From: Tubulanus polymorphus
Taxonomy: Eukaryota > Animalia > Nemertea
Length of the DNA: 64,000 bases
NCBI RefSeq assembly: GCF_964204645.1
Contig: NC_134029.1
Coordinates: 2,294,001-2,358,000, forward strand
Direction: 5' to 3'
In this document: positions 28,003 to 41,278 of the stretch, piece after piece
Numbering within the stretch: position 1 is the first letter of the stretch
Layout of the letters: the number at the start of each line of letters is the position of its first letter
The notes under the pieces: model-generated
Seen by the model: the letters and a program-made list of their open reading frames with translations, nothing else
Told to the model about the DNA's origin: nothing
Databases searched by the model: none
Program-made: the position numbers and the translations under genes

Positions 28003-28403
28003 GAGAATGCGTCAGCGGAACCCAGGTGCCTTGGATGTCATCATCAACTATAGACATTAAAAACGTCAAAAACAGATTTACATCGTCAAAGTTCGACAAA
28101 CTCGAAGAAGCTTCACCAAATTTCGACAAGGAAAATAATAAATGCCTTCGAACTAATCTGCATTCTCAAACTCGTGCTGTTCCGAATAAGCCAACGGTGG
28201 ATACTTATTTTAATATTAATCGTCGATATTGTGAAAACTCATTGTCACAGAAGAATCCGGGGCTCGAACCGTCTCAGTCCGACGGTCGCGCGACCCTGGA
28301 TCGTGTCGTCACAGATTCTTCGTCATCTTCATCGAAACAAGGCTTCGTGGACGCCGAAAAGTTATGCCACGATATTCAGTCTCTGTTTTTTACCGATGTT
28401 TAG
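28003..28403 (+). CDS. Terminal coding exon (G)ECVSG...VDAEKLCHDIQSLFFTDV* of the putative protocadherin-like gene
   Basis: Acceptor gtttctttcttctcgcaaacag|; phase 1 matches the upstream exon (G+GA = Gly); stop TAG at 28401-28403. A Ser-rich run is followed by LCxxIxxLFFxD, and the C-terminal T-D-V fits a class I PDZ ligand. AT-rich UTR-like sequence with AATAAA (28730) follows. Confidence 0.75.
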
Positions 28404-30169
28404 ATATAACACCGAACAATGAGTCGCTTGTGTACGCTTTCACTCCTCCACACACTACACCCAACACATAGAAATCATTGAAGTTGAAAGTTTAGCGAAT
28501 TTTCTACTGGGAAAGAGACTTTCGTATACAACAGATACTCGTGAGAAATTGTGCTCTGGTGAAGAATTCATTTTAATGAAATAGTTCGTGTACAAAAATG
28601 TAAAGATGCCGCCATTGTTTTTATATCTGTTTCATAAGTATGTGAGAATCAGTAATAGTATAATGTAGTCACCGATGAAATAATATTCAAGTGGAGAATA
28701 ACAGTCGAACTCACTTATAGTCGTCGTATAATAAAATTATCCGATGACGGCTTAATCGAGTTTGACCAGTGATTTGAGTGATAGGAATGAACTTACTCTA
28801 AACACACACACACGGGAATATTACAATATTTTTATAGTTGCCCAAATTAGTAATAGAAATAGTCGTAATGATATAATAACGCATTTCGAACGTAAACGAG
28901 AACTAATTTGAATAACCAAAATATAAAATGATCTCTGATTGGCCCTATCATCAAGTATATATCGACCAATCAGATTACAATGTTTAGAATTTCGTACTTA
29001 TTTCATGGTTCCGAAACCAATATATGTATGATGACTCGGTATATCGCTAAAACCGCGAGCTGTTTCGTCAGAGATTTTGTTCATACATTTCGTTGTTATT
29101 ATCCCTTTGTTGTCATTCTTGGCCCGGGGCTTGTATTTTGTTATTTTCAGCCAGAAATGCAGTCCTACGGCAAGCTGAACGAGAGAAAAAATATTGTATA
29201 ATAATTATCCAATATTGACATATATTGATTTCGAAATTATTATCGCTATTCTCTTTAAATTGATAGTGAATTTTCAACTGTGCATTGATTGTCTACATCT
29301 AAATAGTAAAAACATCATCAGTAAAAATAGAGAGAGGGAAATAGATCATTGCCGATATCTGAAAGAAACTTTTCTTATCGAATGACGTTTTCACTTACAT
29401 GTGTGGCTTATTATCATTTCATCTCTCGCGTTGTTAAATCAAACCTGTTTAATCGGCATCGCGGATAAAAAAGACCCGCGCTGAATCAGGTTTGACCTAA
29501 AATGTTAATTGTTTTGTGTTACGATGTATACCATCTGTAGTTGATTCATGACAATGTAGGCACTTGTTTATTAGGTTTAGAGCACCTGTTGGATTAATTC
29601 CAACTATACACCTTTTATTCATCTCACAAAAACCGCCGAAGTCGACAGTAACAGTGTGATATTAGTTTGTACATTTTTAGCCCAAATTCGAACAACGGAA
29701 TTATGGCCATGTTTAATGAACTATATCTATGAACCGCTATTTAATCTTCCTAATCCACTATCATCTGAGCTGTGTATATTATATATATCTAGCAGCGACG
29801 ACGCATGTGACGGGTAAATAAAAATCATACAAATTTGATAACTACTGAATCATAAAGTGATTATATTAAACCCATTTCGAGATTGGTTTATCCAGTCGCA
29901 TGGTTGGAGAATACTCGCTGAACCACACATGAGTTGTGTACGGTATTTGCGGCTTAGTTGACTAACTTGACGACGGCGCGTGAGACCGCGATTTTGCGAC
30001 TGTGGAGTTTGTCAGGCTCACCATGACAACATCATGACTACCTGTCACAGTTTGACAAGGATAGATAACAGACGGACATTCGTATATGAGACTTTAAAAA
30101 AATGTCTTTTTATCAGTGCCGTGGCTTATCTATAGACAACCAGTGGAATAACATTACTCACAGCAGCAG

Positions 30170-30527
30170 CACTCACTCCCAGACCCTAATAGAGTCTCAG
30201 TGACACTCACTCCCAGACCCTGATAGAGTCTCAGTGACACTCACTCCAAGATCCTAATAGAGTCTCAGTGAAACTCACTCCATGACCTTAATAGAGTCAG
30301 TGACACTCACTCCCAGACCCTAGTCTTAGTTACACACTCCCAGACCCTAGTCTCAGTGACACTCCCAGACCCTAGTCTCAGTGTCACACTCCCAGACCCT
30401 AGTCTCAGTGACACACTCCCAGATCCTAGTCTTAGTGACACACTCCCAGACCCTAGTCTTAGTGACACACTCCTAGACCCTAGTCTCAGTGGCACACTCC
30501 CAGACCCTAGTCTCAGTGGCACACTCC
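30170..30527. repeat. Compound minisatellite: ~4 units of 34 bp, then ~8 units of 27 bp (cacactcccagaccctagtctcagtga)
   Basis: Directly visible tandem units. Confidence 0.97.
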
Positions 30528-30782
30528 TATAGAAACATCCTTAAACTGTTTAGATTTGTTGTCATGAATCAACGTACCTATTGAATAATGTTTTCTTTTC
30601 AAGACGAATTTTCGGGATTGTTTTTTGAAGATTAATTTTATAAAGTAAACAAATCACGTGAAATGTGAAAATTCTAAGATTAAAACACCACACAAACACC
30701 GGTCGCTATCTACAACTAACGTATTTTTTATATCGGTTAAAATATTCAAATAAGAACAATTGTGAATAAATGTTGATGAACA

Positions 30783-30819
30783 ATGATATGATATGATATG
30801 ATATGATATGATATGATAT
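30783..30819. repeat. (ATGAT)7 pentanucleotide microsatellite
   Basis: Directly visible. Confidence 0.95.
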
Positions 30820-31530
30820 ATACTTGTCTTGAAAATCAGTGCTCAAGTATGTAATGATATTTGTATATGATATTATAGTATAATATAAACTAGTAAATTG
30901 TACGCGTACAAGTTCTGTTACGGGGAAATGTGCAATGCTTCAGGACCTTACGTTATTTCACAGTTCAGGGTTAGAATATCAGTCATCTAACTCAACACGA
31001 ATAACTGTGGAACTGGGTCCTTGTGATCTTCGATTGTCAGGGCTGTGAAGGCCTGTGATTTGAGAACACGAAGCCTGACACGCCCTGGCATGCGAGGATA
31101 GCTTTATGTATATACGGCCATCGATATCGTGTCAGATGTGTAGCTTTTCGTCTCGCGCAAGACTTTTCAAGGAAGATTCTTTCGTTAGTTTACCAAAGCC
31201 CAGGTTGCTGCAGGCTCAGCCATTTCAGAAATCAGGTTTTTGATTAAATCTCAATTACCAAAAATGGTTTTATAGACCATTTAACTCTGGCTTCGACTAG
31301 ATTACTACATAGTCTCTCACGCCAAATCCTGCAATTTTGCTTGTGGATGAAAAGTAAAATGTGCCTGTAACTATAGTATATAGATTTGTATTTCATAATG
31401 ATAAATCTGCCAGTTGTATCTTGAAATAGTTATAAATAATGTAACATCGTGTACAAAATAGTGATGAACGAAAAATATTCTGTATTTGTTTTATCTAATA
31501 AATCAATTGAATTGAAAGGTTTGTGACGTC

Positions 31531-31647
31531 AGGATCCAGTTCTACAATTTTGATTTGATATTGAGTTTGACTCATAGATTAGAGATCAAATTAATCGAAC
31601 TTCGCTAATTAAAAAAAAAAACAGAGTTAACTGCGGAAGTGGGTCCT
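31531..31647. mobile_element. MITE-like copy of a dispersed family with termini ~GGA(T/C)CCAGTTCCACAGTT
   Basis: aggatccagttctacaatt ... aactgcggaagtgggtcct are imperfect inverted repeats; the same motif recurs at ~23449, 24897-25063, 31003-31021, 47470-47488, 59600 and 61870-61900. Confidence 0.6.
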
Positions 31648-34600
31648 CCTCTGGAAGGTGAATGCCAGTTTAAAGTCGTTTATCTGTGTCTGTTAGTATA
31701 AACCAGGTAAGTTAGTTTCCTATCGGTAGACCTTTGATTTACTGCAACAACTGAAATTCAATGAGCACATTTTTTTTTTAGTTTATGTATATTCAACTCG
31801 CAGTGTTTGTCCGTATTGCATTTATTGTTGAATGATGAATATCATTATTAATTATTAATTAACATAAGTTATTTTCAAAGCCCGTGCGAACTGGGACTAA
31901 AATATATCGGTTTTTTTCTTTTGTAAATAAATGAAAGAGTATGCATAAATATGATATACAACGTGTCTTTTGTTCTTATGTATTCGAAAAACTAATCCTT
32001 TGCGGCGGAAAGGGATCAAACCCGCGGTTAGTCGGTGAAAAATTTAATATTCTTAACAAAAGAAAAAAAAGGAAGAGGATTTTTTTGCGAATAAAAGGAG
32101 GTATCCTCTGTGAGCGGTGAGGTAATGGTATTTTCAACAAGCCCTTGGGATACGAGTTAAAAGTTCTACGCGAAGTGAAGTTATCTGAATGGCTTAAAAT
32201 TCTGATTCATACAAAAATATAAAAGTAACACTTTGCGCATTGGGATTATTTTTCGAGAGATGAAATTTTTTTTGCTCAGTCATAAAATATTATGATGTTC
32301 AAGACGTTTTGTTCAAATCGCTGTAGATGTATCAAAAGAAATCCACAGCCACAAGTTCTCATTACTGCATGTATGTTTGTGGACGCGGGAAGATTGTTGA
32401 AACTGTAAATAAACTCCGCGCTTACCTCGAATCTCGCTGGGCCAATAATGTTTCTTAACCAATGTTTTTGGAAGCTTTTCGTTGTGATAGTATTAATTGA
32501 ATCCCACAAGAACAACCAAAAATGAAGTCCGAAATGTTTCTTTTAGTCACCTTCAGGATAAAGTCGAAACTAGCTCATGGAAAAATTTTGGACTCCATCT
32601 TTTATTCTTAGTACGGGTTTTATACTGCCGTTACAACACAATGTTTCATCAATAGTTTTCATTGCGACCACTATCGGTATTTCTATGAAGACGAGCTGTG
32701 ACCAGCATCGTGAACTTTTATCTCAGGTAATAGAACACAACATTCATATTTCAACGTTCTTCACCCTCTCCATTCGCACTAAGTCAAATGGTTATCTCTA
32801 CTTCACCAGGTAACATTATCAAAGCGCATTGCGGCGATTTATTTCGAATTTTCTTTTTGTTTCCATCCTTTTAACATTTCGATGAATCTGACAGCCGATG
32901 AAATTTCCTCTTCCGCACGTCACAGTGATCGATCACACACGATGACACGACACACTCGCATCAGACGCACAGAGCGTGCCTGGCTTTTTAACCGAGTCTG
33001 CGGCTCTGCGGCTTACAACGGCGCCAAATGAACGCCGGATCTCGGCGACAGAGATTTTTTATTCCAGTTAATAGTTTATCTGCAACTTCTCGACTCGTAG
33101 AGAAATAGGAATTTTTTTGAATGTGCGATAGAGAAACAGAATTAAAGCTTCTTAGGCAGCAGCGTGTGGAAGTTTGAGCACATATTTTTAATACTGTGGT
33201 TAGGTTCAGGAGCTCTCTTCGGTTTCTGCAGCGGAGTAGAATCCCACGCCACCAATGGAGAGGGGAAATTCACTTCTCACTGCATTCAAAATGCAACCAC
33301 CGTTATTGTTTCAGTAATCAGAGTATATGTGTTATTGCGTGGCTAGATCTTTTCTGATATTAATTCTATCTCGAAAGCTCCATTTCGAAACAAACGTGAA
33401 TAATAAGTGATAAAAACAATGGTAATAGTTAATAGAATATAGAGCGACACAATGTAATCTTTGCAAAGAAATATTCGATATCAAGGCGAATATATATTTA
33501 AAGGCCTAAGTGCGCGTTGACCAGCGCTGAAAGTGAATCAGATGAACATAAGTCTGATTGGTGCGAGCAGTGTTTTATGAGTGTAATTCCCGAGTGTGTC
33601 GTTAGACCCCGGCTGATAAATTGTGGGTGAGTGTCACCTGGGGTCGAATGCGCAGACGGTATTTTATTCACTGTCAATATGGTCGCTCATTCGTTCGTTT
33701 ATTCGTAGATAAAATTGATGAGAATTTGATAAGGTGGTTTGCGTAGGTGTCGAATATGCTACAATAGCCCGTGATGTGTCTATCACTACAACGAGTAAGT
33801 CAAAATTCCGAGTTGCTCATGTCCGAGTGAGGAGAGTATAAGGTCAAGTAAGGGCCTAGGTTGGCCCGGGGTGCCACCGATCGACTAGATGATTCTGGAC
33901 AAAAGGAATGCGGAATGTCGTCACAGTTGATACTTTTGCACCCAATATATCTATAAAAAAGTGTCAATGACAAATTTGATAATGATTTTAGTCGAGAATG
34001 TCGGTTAGAGGACTAGACTGGTTGCCTGTCCTATTCCGCGCCACTTGCTGAAGGTAGAGACCGGACACCGGTCTAACTGAGAACGAGCACTGGTGCGTGG
34101 GTTCGAGTCTCTCTAGCTCGTGGTTGGAATATGTCTAAGTTCTACTTTCTTTAATATTAAACGCCCTGATTTATAAGATTGACATTCACGGAGAAGCATT
34201 TCATGCAATGTGCGATGATACATTATAACAAATTTGATCCGATTTTACGTGATTTAATGTTGACAAAATGCTATGATGTAGACCTATATAGACTTTAAAG
34301 GGGCCCGACCAGAGCCTAAAAATCAGTGGACGATATTACCAGTCATTAGATTAATGTAACCAGTAATAAAATGAATAAACTGTTACAGAAGTTAAACTGA
34401 TGAGTACATAAGAGGCTCAAGAGGAGTCCTTTTTGTTGACTTATGAGAAAAGTAATGTGTCCATTTTTCTTTTTCGAGTCCATGTGTTAATAAGTAACAT
34501 GGGATATATGTATGGTATTGCCGGACGTAAAAATCACCGGCACAACCGACATCCGCTCGGGTTTAATCACTATTAAACAGTCGTGTTCAGTCAACACGGA

Positions 34601-36964
34601 ATCTATCTGTTCAAGCACGGATGGTTTAATCGACGAATCTGTTCATCCGTCGTATGAAAACACAAAATCTTTTATCATATGCACGAAATATGATTCCTGA
34701 CTCTTTCGGAGATCGTGGGGTAAATGTAAATAGCTTTGTCGAATTAGCGAAGAATTTCGTGCACCTTCGTGAAAGGTCCAAGGCTATCTACATGTCTGAC
34801 TTTATGCAAATGAGCTGTGTATGTAGGCGACTTGGAAAATCTGATAACGAAGAAACTTCTATAATTATCGCTAAATTTGCATAAAGGAACCGAATTCAAC
34901 CTTGTGTCTTATTATTTGTTTAGCCCAACATCTCACGTGCAGGTTACATTTCATGTATCTATCCAGTGTGATTAGTGCCTTGTTTTTGAGATATATTGTA
35001 AGAGAAGATCTATGCCAGTACTGAAACATTATATATCTCCCCGATGACCTCGGATTCGTGGCAACTTCCTAAAAACTTTTTAAACTTGTTTACACTTGAC
35101 GTATGGCCAACGTTTAATATCAACATTTCAAAGGCGTTGACAGCAGGGGGTAGGGTGTGCGACCCCCCTTCCCCTATTTCCTGCCTATTTTGCGTCCGAG
35201 GGACATTATATGTGAATAGAGCTTGGAAAACGTTTCTGTGGGCTCGCATTTTCTCTGAGGGTCTCCATATTCGATCAGTCCTCGTCCGTTTGACGATCAT
35301 GTTTTCACTGTTGTTTTTGTGTATCATAAATAAATGAGAGATTATTATCGTGGGTATAATTAAATCAGGCGACAGAAGCATGACACACAGCGAACGGTGT
35401 TAACGAAGAGAAACCGCTGCTGTCGCTGCTGAAATGTTTGGTTTCCCCGAGTGTTACCGATTTAATATAAATTCCTACGAGAATTAACGAAGGAAATCCC
35501 TCAATAACCGCTCGAAATGTGCTAATTCTAACCGTAACAAAGTGCACCCTTTAAAAGAAAAAGTGTCTGTAGTGAGAATATTTTAAGGATTTTGTCGCCG
35601 TTTTAATGGATCGCGATGAGTGTTGGTAATTAAGGATTATTCATATCGAGAAGACGTAGATAGTACCATCACTTAAAGAAGGCTGTAAAAAAAAAAACAA
35701 AGCTGCATTAGTTGCATTAGTTAATGGACATCTAATGAACTGTTATTTTAAGACTTTTTGTAGTAGATATAGTTGATACTAGTCTGCGCTGGACTACTTG
35801 TCATCACCCCAATAGTCCGTCTCGCTATGCAACAAATTTCGATGGATTCGAATCCCATTCCCGAAAAAATCTTCAAGTTGCTTAAGTTGTCAAAGGCGCT
35901 TCAAACATTAGCTTAAAAAACAAATTTGACTAGAATTCTGAGCGGATATTTTCTATACAACGCTAAAACTCTGTGGAAAAATTGGATTTTAGCCAAAAGA
36001 GATTAGTTTTTATAATCGATTTATATATTTAGAAGGTGAATTTCTCGTTTATGAATAAATTCTAAACAAACATAGATATCTGGACATCTTTTGACCAGAC
36101 ATCCATCCACCCCCAGAGGTAATACCATCGACGATGCAACTACACGACACACATATATACATTCGTTACCTTTTCAACATATTTTATTCAGCCTAATACG
36201 GGTAATATTTCAACGAGATAGTGTGTGTGTGTGAGTGACGTCACTGATAAAACCCTCGGGAAAATCTTCGGCGAAAAAAACCGAACGCCGGCAGAATTTG
36301 CATTGAAAGGAAGAGGTGGAAATCCCCTCGTGTTCCTGAGCTCTTTGTTTCCTCGACTTCCTTGAGCATCTTATTAATCTATAGAATGAATGGTCACCTG
36401 ACAGCTGCTGTTTTGTGATTTTAATACAGTCACGCGGAACTGCTGCTCCTGCAACTGGTTACAATGCGGCCATTTCTTTTTGTTGTTATGCGCATGTTAA
36501 ATCGATGTAGCGCTGCTGTTGTATGGAACCCTTTCATTTTCATTATATCGAAGCCGCTTATCGTCTATTTACGCGCTCTGTTCCCGATGCGGCGACGCGA
36601 CTTTTGTTCTTTTTTCGTCACTGCATTGGCGTCATATGACATAAATGCATCCTCTATTGCAGCAGGTCTTAAAAGTGTCTTGACACCAAACGTAAGCTGA
36701 AACTGATTGAACGCCTTATAATATAAAACCATATTTGATATGGCAAAATATTTTCAAAATGTCTGAGGCTCTTGAGGAGACAGTAGTACGATTACGGGTT
36801 CTGTGATAATTTGACTCAAGAGGATTGACTTTGAGAAACTCGTAAGACAAACTTCAACCGTTATCTTACGATGTTTGTTTCACTTTCTATTAATTAAGCG
36901 AAAAAGACAACATAGACAATTTTGCACCGCGTAGTTAGACGTCGCGAAGTCATGTGCCAAAATT

Positions 36965-36980
36965 CCACCAGATGGTGCCA
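36965..36980 (+). promoter_or_regulatory. CTCF-like motif CCACCAGATGGTGCCA about 20 bp upstream of tRNA-Glu
   Basis: One mismatch to the CCASYAGRKGGCRS consensus. Confidence 0.5.
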
Positions 36981-36998
36981 CACCTAATGATGTCAACA

Positions 36999-37070
36999 TC
37001 CCGCATGGTCTAGTGGTTAGGATACCTGGCTCTCACCCAGGAGGCCCGGGTTCGATTCCCGGTGCGGGAA
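36999..37070 (+). tRNA. tRNA-Glu (anticodon CTC)
   Basis: 72 nt; acceptor stem TCCCGCA/TGCGGGA; A box TGGTCTAGTGG; anticodon arm CCTGG-CT-CTC-AC-CCAGG; T arm CCGGG-TTCGATT-CCCGG; no encoded CCA, as expected in eukaryotes. Confidence 0.97.
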
Positions 37071-40000
37071 GTTCGTCTTGGAAAAACCAGAAATGTCTAC
37101 TAAACGGCGTGGAATTGTTTTTTGTCTTTGTTGCGGCTTTTTACAAAGTGAAACGAAACATCGTGTTTTTGAGGGCAATTGTTGCCCAAATATGTCCCTG
37201 CTTGAATCTACGTATATATATACATGTACCTGTTTCACGGCGTGTCATAGTATCGCGTACCGTATCACGTGGTTTACTACGAGATGGTGATGGTCGCGTA
37301 TTATAAAATGTCCGGCACTGAACGTCATCAACAAGGTCCAAAAGGCAGCAATACTACGGCTGATTAATTGACTAACGCATGCAACTTGAAGCAATCAGAG
37401 ACCAGTCCGCTGAAGCGAACATGATCTAGCTCGTACTCAGGCGTTGTTTTCTTTAACGTGGACCTGTTTTCTTTTGCTAATCACAAACGCAATCGTCGTC
37501 GTCCAAACGTCCATTCGACTAATGAAAGCTACGCGTATCCATGCGCGCTATCAAAGTTCATCGCAGCGAAAATATTGCCCATCTCTGATGAGAATAATAA
37601 TCATAATTGTCCCCATTTTTCTCGCAGTGTTTCGTCTATTTCACTCGTTTCTCGTGGGCTAGATGAGTAAGCGATGCTGGAGAGACATGTATATTAGATT
37701 GGCGGCATTTTCCGTGTTGTCTTTAGTTGGTAGCGGTCAGCGCAGCCCCTTTACCCACGGCGTGGAAACACAAAGACGACTCATCCGTACTCGAAAAACG
37801 TTTCTGGTCATCTCGCATAGTAATATAACCGAAGGCAAAGACGATGCAATTAATTCTAGCTTTTTAGTCCATCTTGCGACGGGGAAATGGATGGATATGA
37901 AAGGTTAGGTAGATGTTCGGACGGACACCGCAGTAAACGGCATACACGCATCGATGTTCGCTTGATGCCACCGGCGCCAAGAAAGACCACATGCTAACGT
38001 TCACAAAACTTAAAAAAGAGCTGCAGTCTTGTAAAAAATATAACTGTGGCTCACGTGGAGGCATAAGCGCTGAAATCCTTGATTCCCTGGAGATAGTTGA
38101 GATATGTCTGTGGGCTTCTTACACCGGTTACAGATGCATCGATTCATCCGTGTAATGTTTTTCGTATTTTCAAGAAGCACCGGTTTTTCCATGACTGCAG
38201 TTCACTTAACGAAAATGGAAATTTTTCCACCGATCGAAGTCATCTTTAAGATGACGCGGATTCTAAAGTAATCCATATGAGATGAGAAACATGTCAAGAG
38301 GTGATCCCCTTCGCGGATTCAAACCTGGGACCTCCAGCATTCGAGCGCACCTGGACGATGATCTCTAGTGAAAGTTCGAAGCATCGTTGCTGTGTAGTGG
38401 TTTTAACACTTAGTATAGTCAGTCTCGTTGACTATAGCAATATTCTCTTAATTTTTCATTTACAGCTTTGAGAATGTTTTTACGAATATAATCCCAGTTA
38501 CGGATAACGATCTCCACCATATTTGCTTAGGGGTGGGCGTCTAATATTTGCGCTGATTTGTAGATGCAGATATCGGGTGTTATTTTCTTCATCTCAAATC
38601 GCGTGAGAATGTGTATATACACTGCGCGCTGTGTGAAGTACATAGTGCCAGGACTGCACTAAATGAATTAGAATGAATCGAGAATCTGTCAGGTTTTGAT
38701 AAATTGACACGCCGCACACTTCAGAATGTAAAATCAATTTACCAGATTGGCTATTATTTTTTTTTCTCACACAGCAGAATGACTATACTTTTCGACGCCT
38801 TTTGAGGTGTTCGTTGCTAATTAGCGCGACGGCGATAAGAAACCGTCAGCGCAGCCACGACTCGCTGAGAATCGCTTGTGATGCGAGACTTTTTTCACGC
38901 CGATAAGAAATGAGAGTTTTCCCGTCCTTTTCCCGAGTTCCGCCCATCTCTAGTGTGACTCATAAATACAGACGAATGAAATACAAAAGAAATATTAATT
39001 GCCTAATAGTTTTTCCTATTAGTCCCGTGCAGGCAGGAAGCGCATCATCGGCTGAGGTGTCCCCAGTTCAAACATCGATCGACAAAGATATGAATTCTAC
39101 AGCTCACTACCTGCGAGGGTTATAATTGAGATTAATGATAGATCTATTGATAAACATAATTACTAATTACTCCTACAGGACAGGATTGAGTACGTACTGA
39201 AATAAACTCACAGTATTCGCCCGTACAATTTGGACGGACAATGTTCCATATAACTAGGTAGTTTTAAAGACTGTTTATATTATACTAACACGCTGAAATA
39301 AGATAATTCCAGAACATTTTGAGACGTGGTGATTTGATGTTCCTTGAACGACAAGGATCTAGTTTGAGATAGTACCGTTCTCAGTGTGTTCATTTGACCC
39401 CATAGTGAAATGAATTGATCTAGATCATGTTGCCGAACGAACATGATAGTCTCATGATAGGTGATCGAATCGAGTGGATATTGTGCATAGATTCGGAAGC
39501 CTAAAATTCCAGTTCGAACTTCATCCACGATGATCTAATTTTTACAACACGTAAGACTCGTAATGCCATCTGGCGGGATAACCGATCTAGCAGCACCCGA
39601 ATTGTCATTATATCGAGGTACTCGACGTATATAATATCAGTCCGCCGCCGCGTTATAGTTAGATACAGGAAACTTAAAAATGCAGTCCACGCCTGTAAAT
39701 CTAGAAAAGGACAGAAGAAGCATATGCATGATTATTGTAGCGTTTCATCTTCACATAATGAAATTCCGAATTGACAACATCTACCGCATAAACGAAACCA
39801 ACGACACTTTGATGTTATCTTTTCTCATATGATTTGCATTGTATTTTTGTCTCTCGATTCAGTCGTATCCTAATGATATACGAGCCGCTTTTTCTCAAAC
39901 GCATCTCATCATCAACATCATCTAGTGTCTCATATCCTATAGTCCCCACTCGCTATTGATAGGCGGAGTTCATTGTATTTTTAACCAGGTTTCGCGGCAC

Positions 40001-41278
40001 CGAAAGAATAAAAAACTACGCAATTAATAAATAAATAAGAAGGATACGATAGAGATAGCTAGCACAGGATACTTCACTAGCGACTGGCGCTATTGTTTCG
40101 TAGCGCCAGTCTGCCGCCGACTATGGAGATCACCTACTAATGAAATAGTTATCTAGAATCTATATCCACTCAACTGGAAGCGAAAGTTTTCTGCTCGAAT
40201 TCGCATAAAAAATTCATCGAAGACAACGAAGACGACATCCCTGATATGATCATTTTCGAGTTTGTATACATACATGTATATATATACGAAGGAAATATAC
40301 ATTTAATTTCTGTAGGCAGTGCGCATCACATTTCATCAGTATCGTCTTCAAACTAAGGGCGTGGATGAATATCTTCACTCTGCAGTAGAGACTGATATTT
40401 CAAACTATACTTGATCCGATAGATTACTGCCGACTAAGCGCGTTCTGTCGAGGTTTTCAGCCGAAGGTTTCCGAGTCATATTCTATCAGGTCCCTTTCTA
40501 AATGTTCAACGATTCAACCGTGAACGATGTCCACCGTGGCCCTGGGTGCCTTGTACTGCGGGTCAATGGCAGGGGTGGATCATAGGGGTTTCGAGGTTCT
40601 GTAAATGTAAGGTATACGGTGATCTTTCAAATTTATTTCCACACAGGCTCTATAGTGTAGCCCCATAACCCTTTTTATTCGGTTTGATCTTGCTTTCTAA
40701 ATTCTAGACTTCATAGACCGACCTTCGACGTTCGTACGAAGATTTATACCTAAGCGTATGTATAGCAATTGCTTTTTGATAAACAAAAAAAGCTTTTCTA
40801 AAAATTTGTATTCCGAGAGTGTTCCTGACAACCGGGTGGCGAACATTCGACACTGATTAAAAACAGAGCGGGAATGTAAATTGAATGCGTTGTCGGTGAT
40901 CGCGGGTAAAGAAGTCTTCACCTGAAACAACGAATTTCTCATCTCGTGATACAAAATGTTCAGATGTCATAACGTCGCGTATCAATTGAATTAAACGTCA
41001 GTTTCACATGATATCCAATTAGCTAACGGTGAACTGAATATAATAACAATTTTACGATGTTTCAATGCGTCTTTGCATGATTGAACTAAATTATTTCCAT
41101 TGTAGAAAATATAGAGCCGAATATATTATAGCGGCCGCTTATCACGCGACTTGGATTCAGCATGCGAGCCATAAAATTGCGCCAATTAATCAACGCTGTA
41201 TATCGTCGCGTTTCGTTCTTTTTCTCCTCGGCGGTGCAGACATCGGCTACGTCACTTGTCACCAGTAACAGGACGATG

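Noticed and set aside
33164-33346. Signal-peptide-like ORF
   Set aside because: Starts at GTG, with no in-frame ATG before the hydrophobic stretch and no clear donor.
33605-33646. Hairpin gaccccgg...cctggggtc (also small hairpins at 29439-29495, 40082-40111, 62249-62267)
   Set aside because: Stems are too short or irregular for a pre-miRNA; several such hairpins are expected by chance or from repeat fragments in 64 kb.
37013-37306. ORFs overlapping the tRNA
   Set aside because: Spurious translations of the tRNA gene and its flank.
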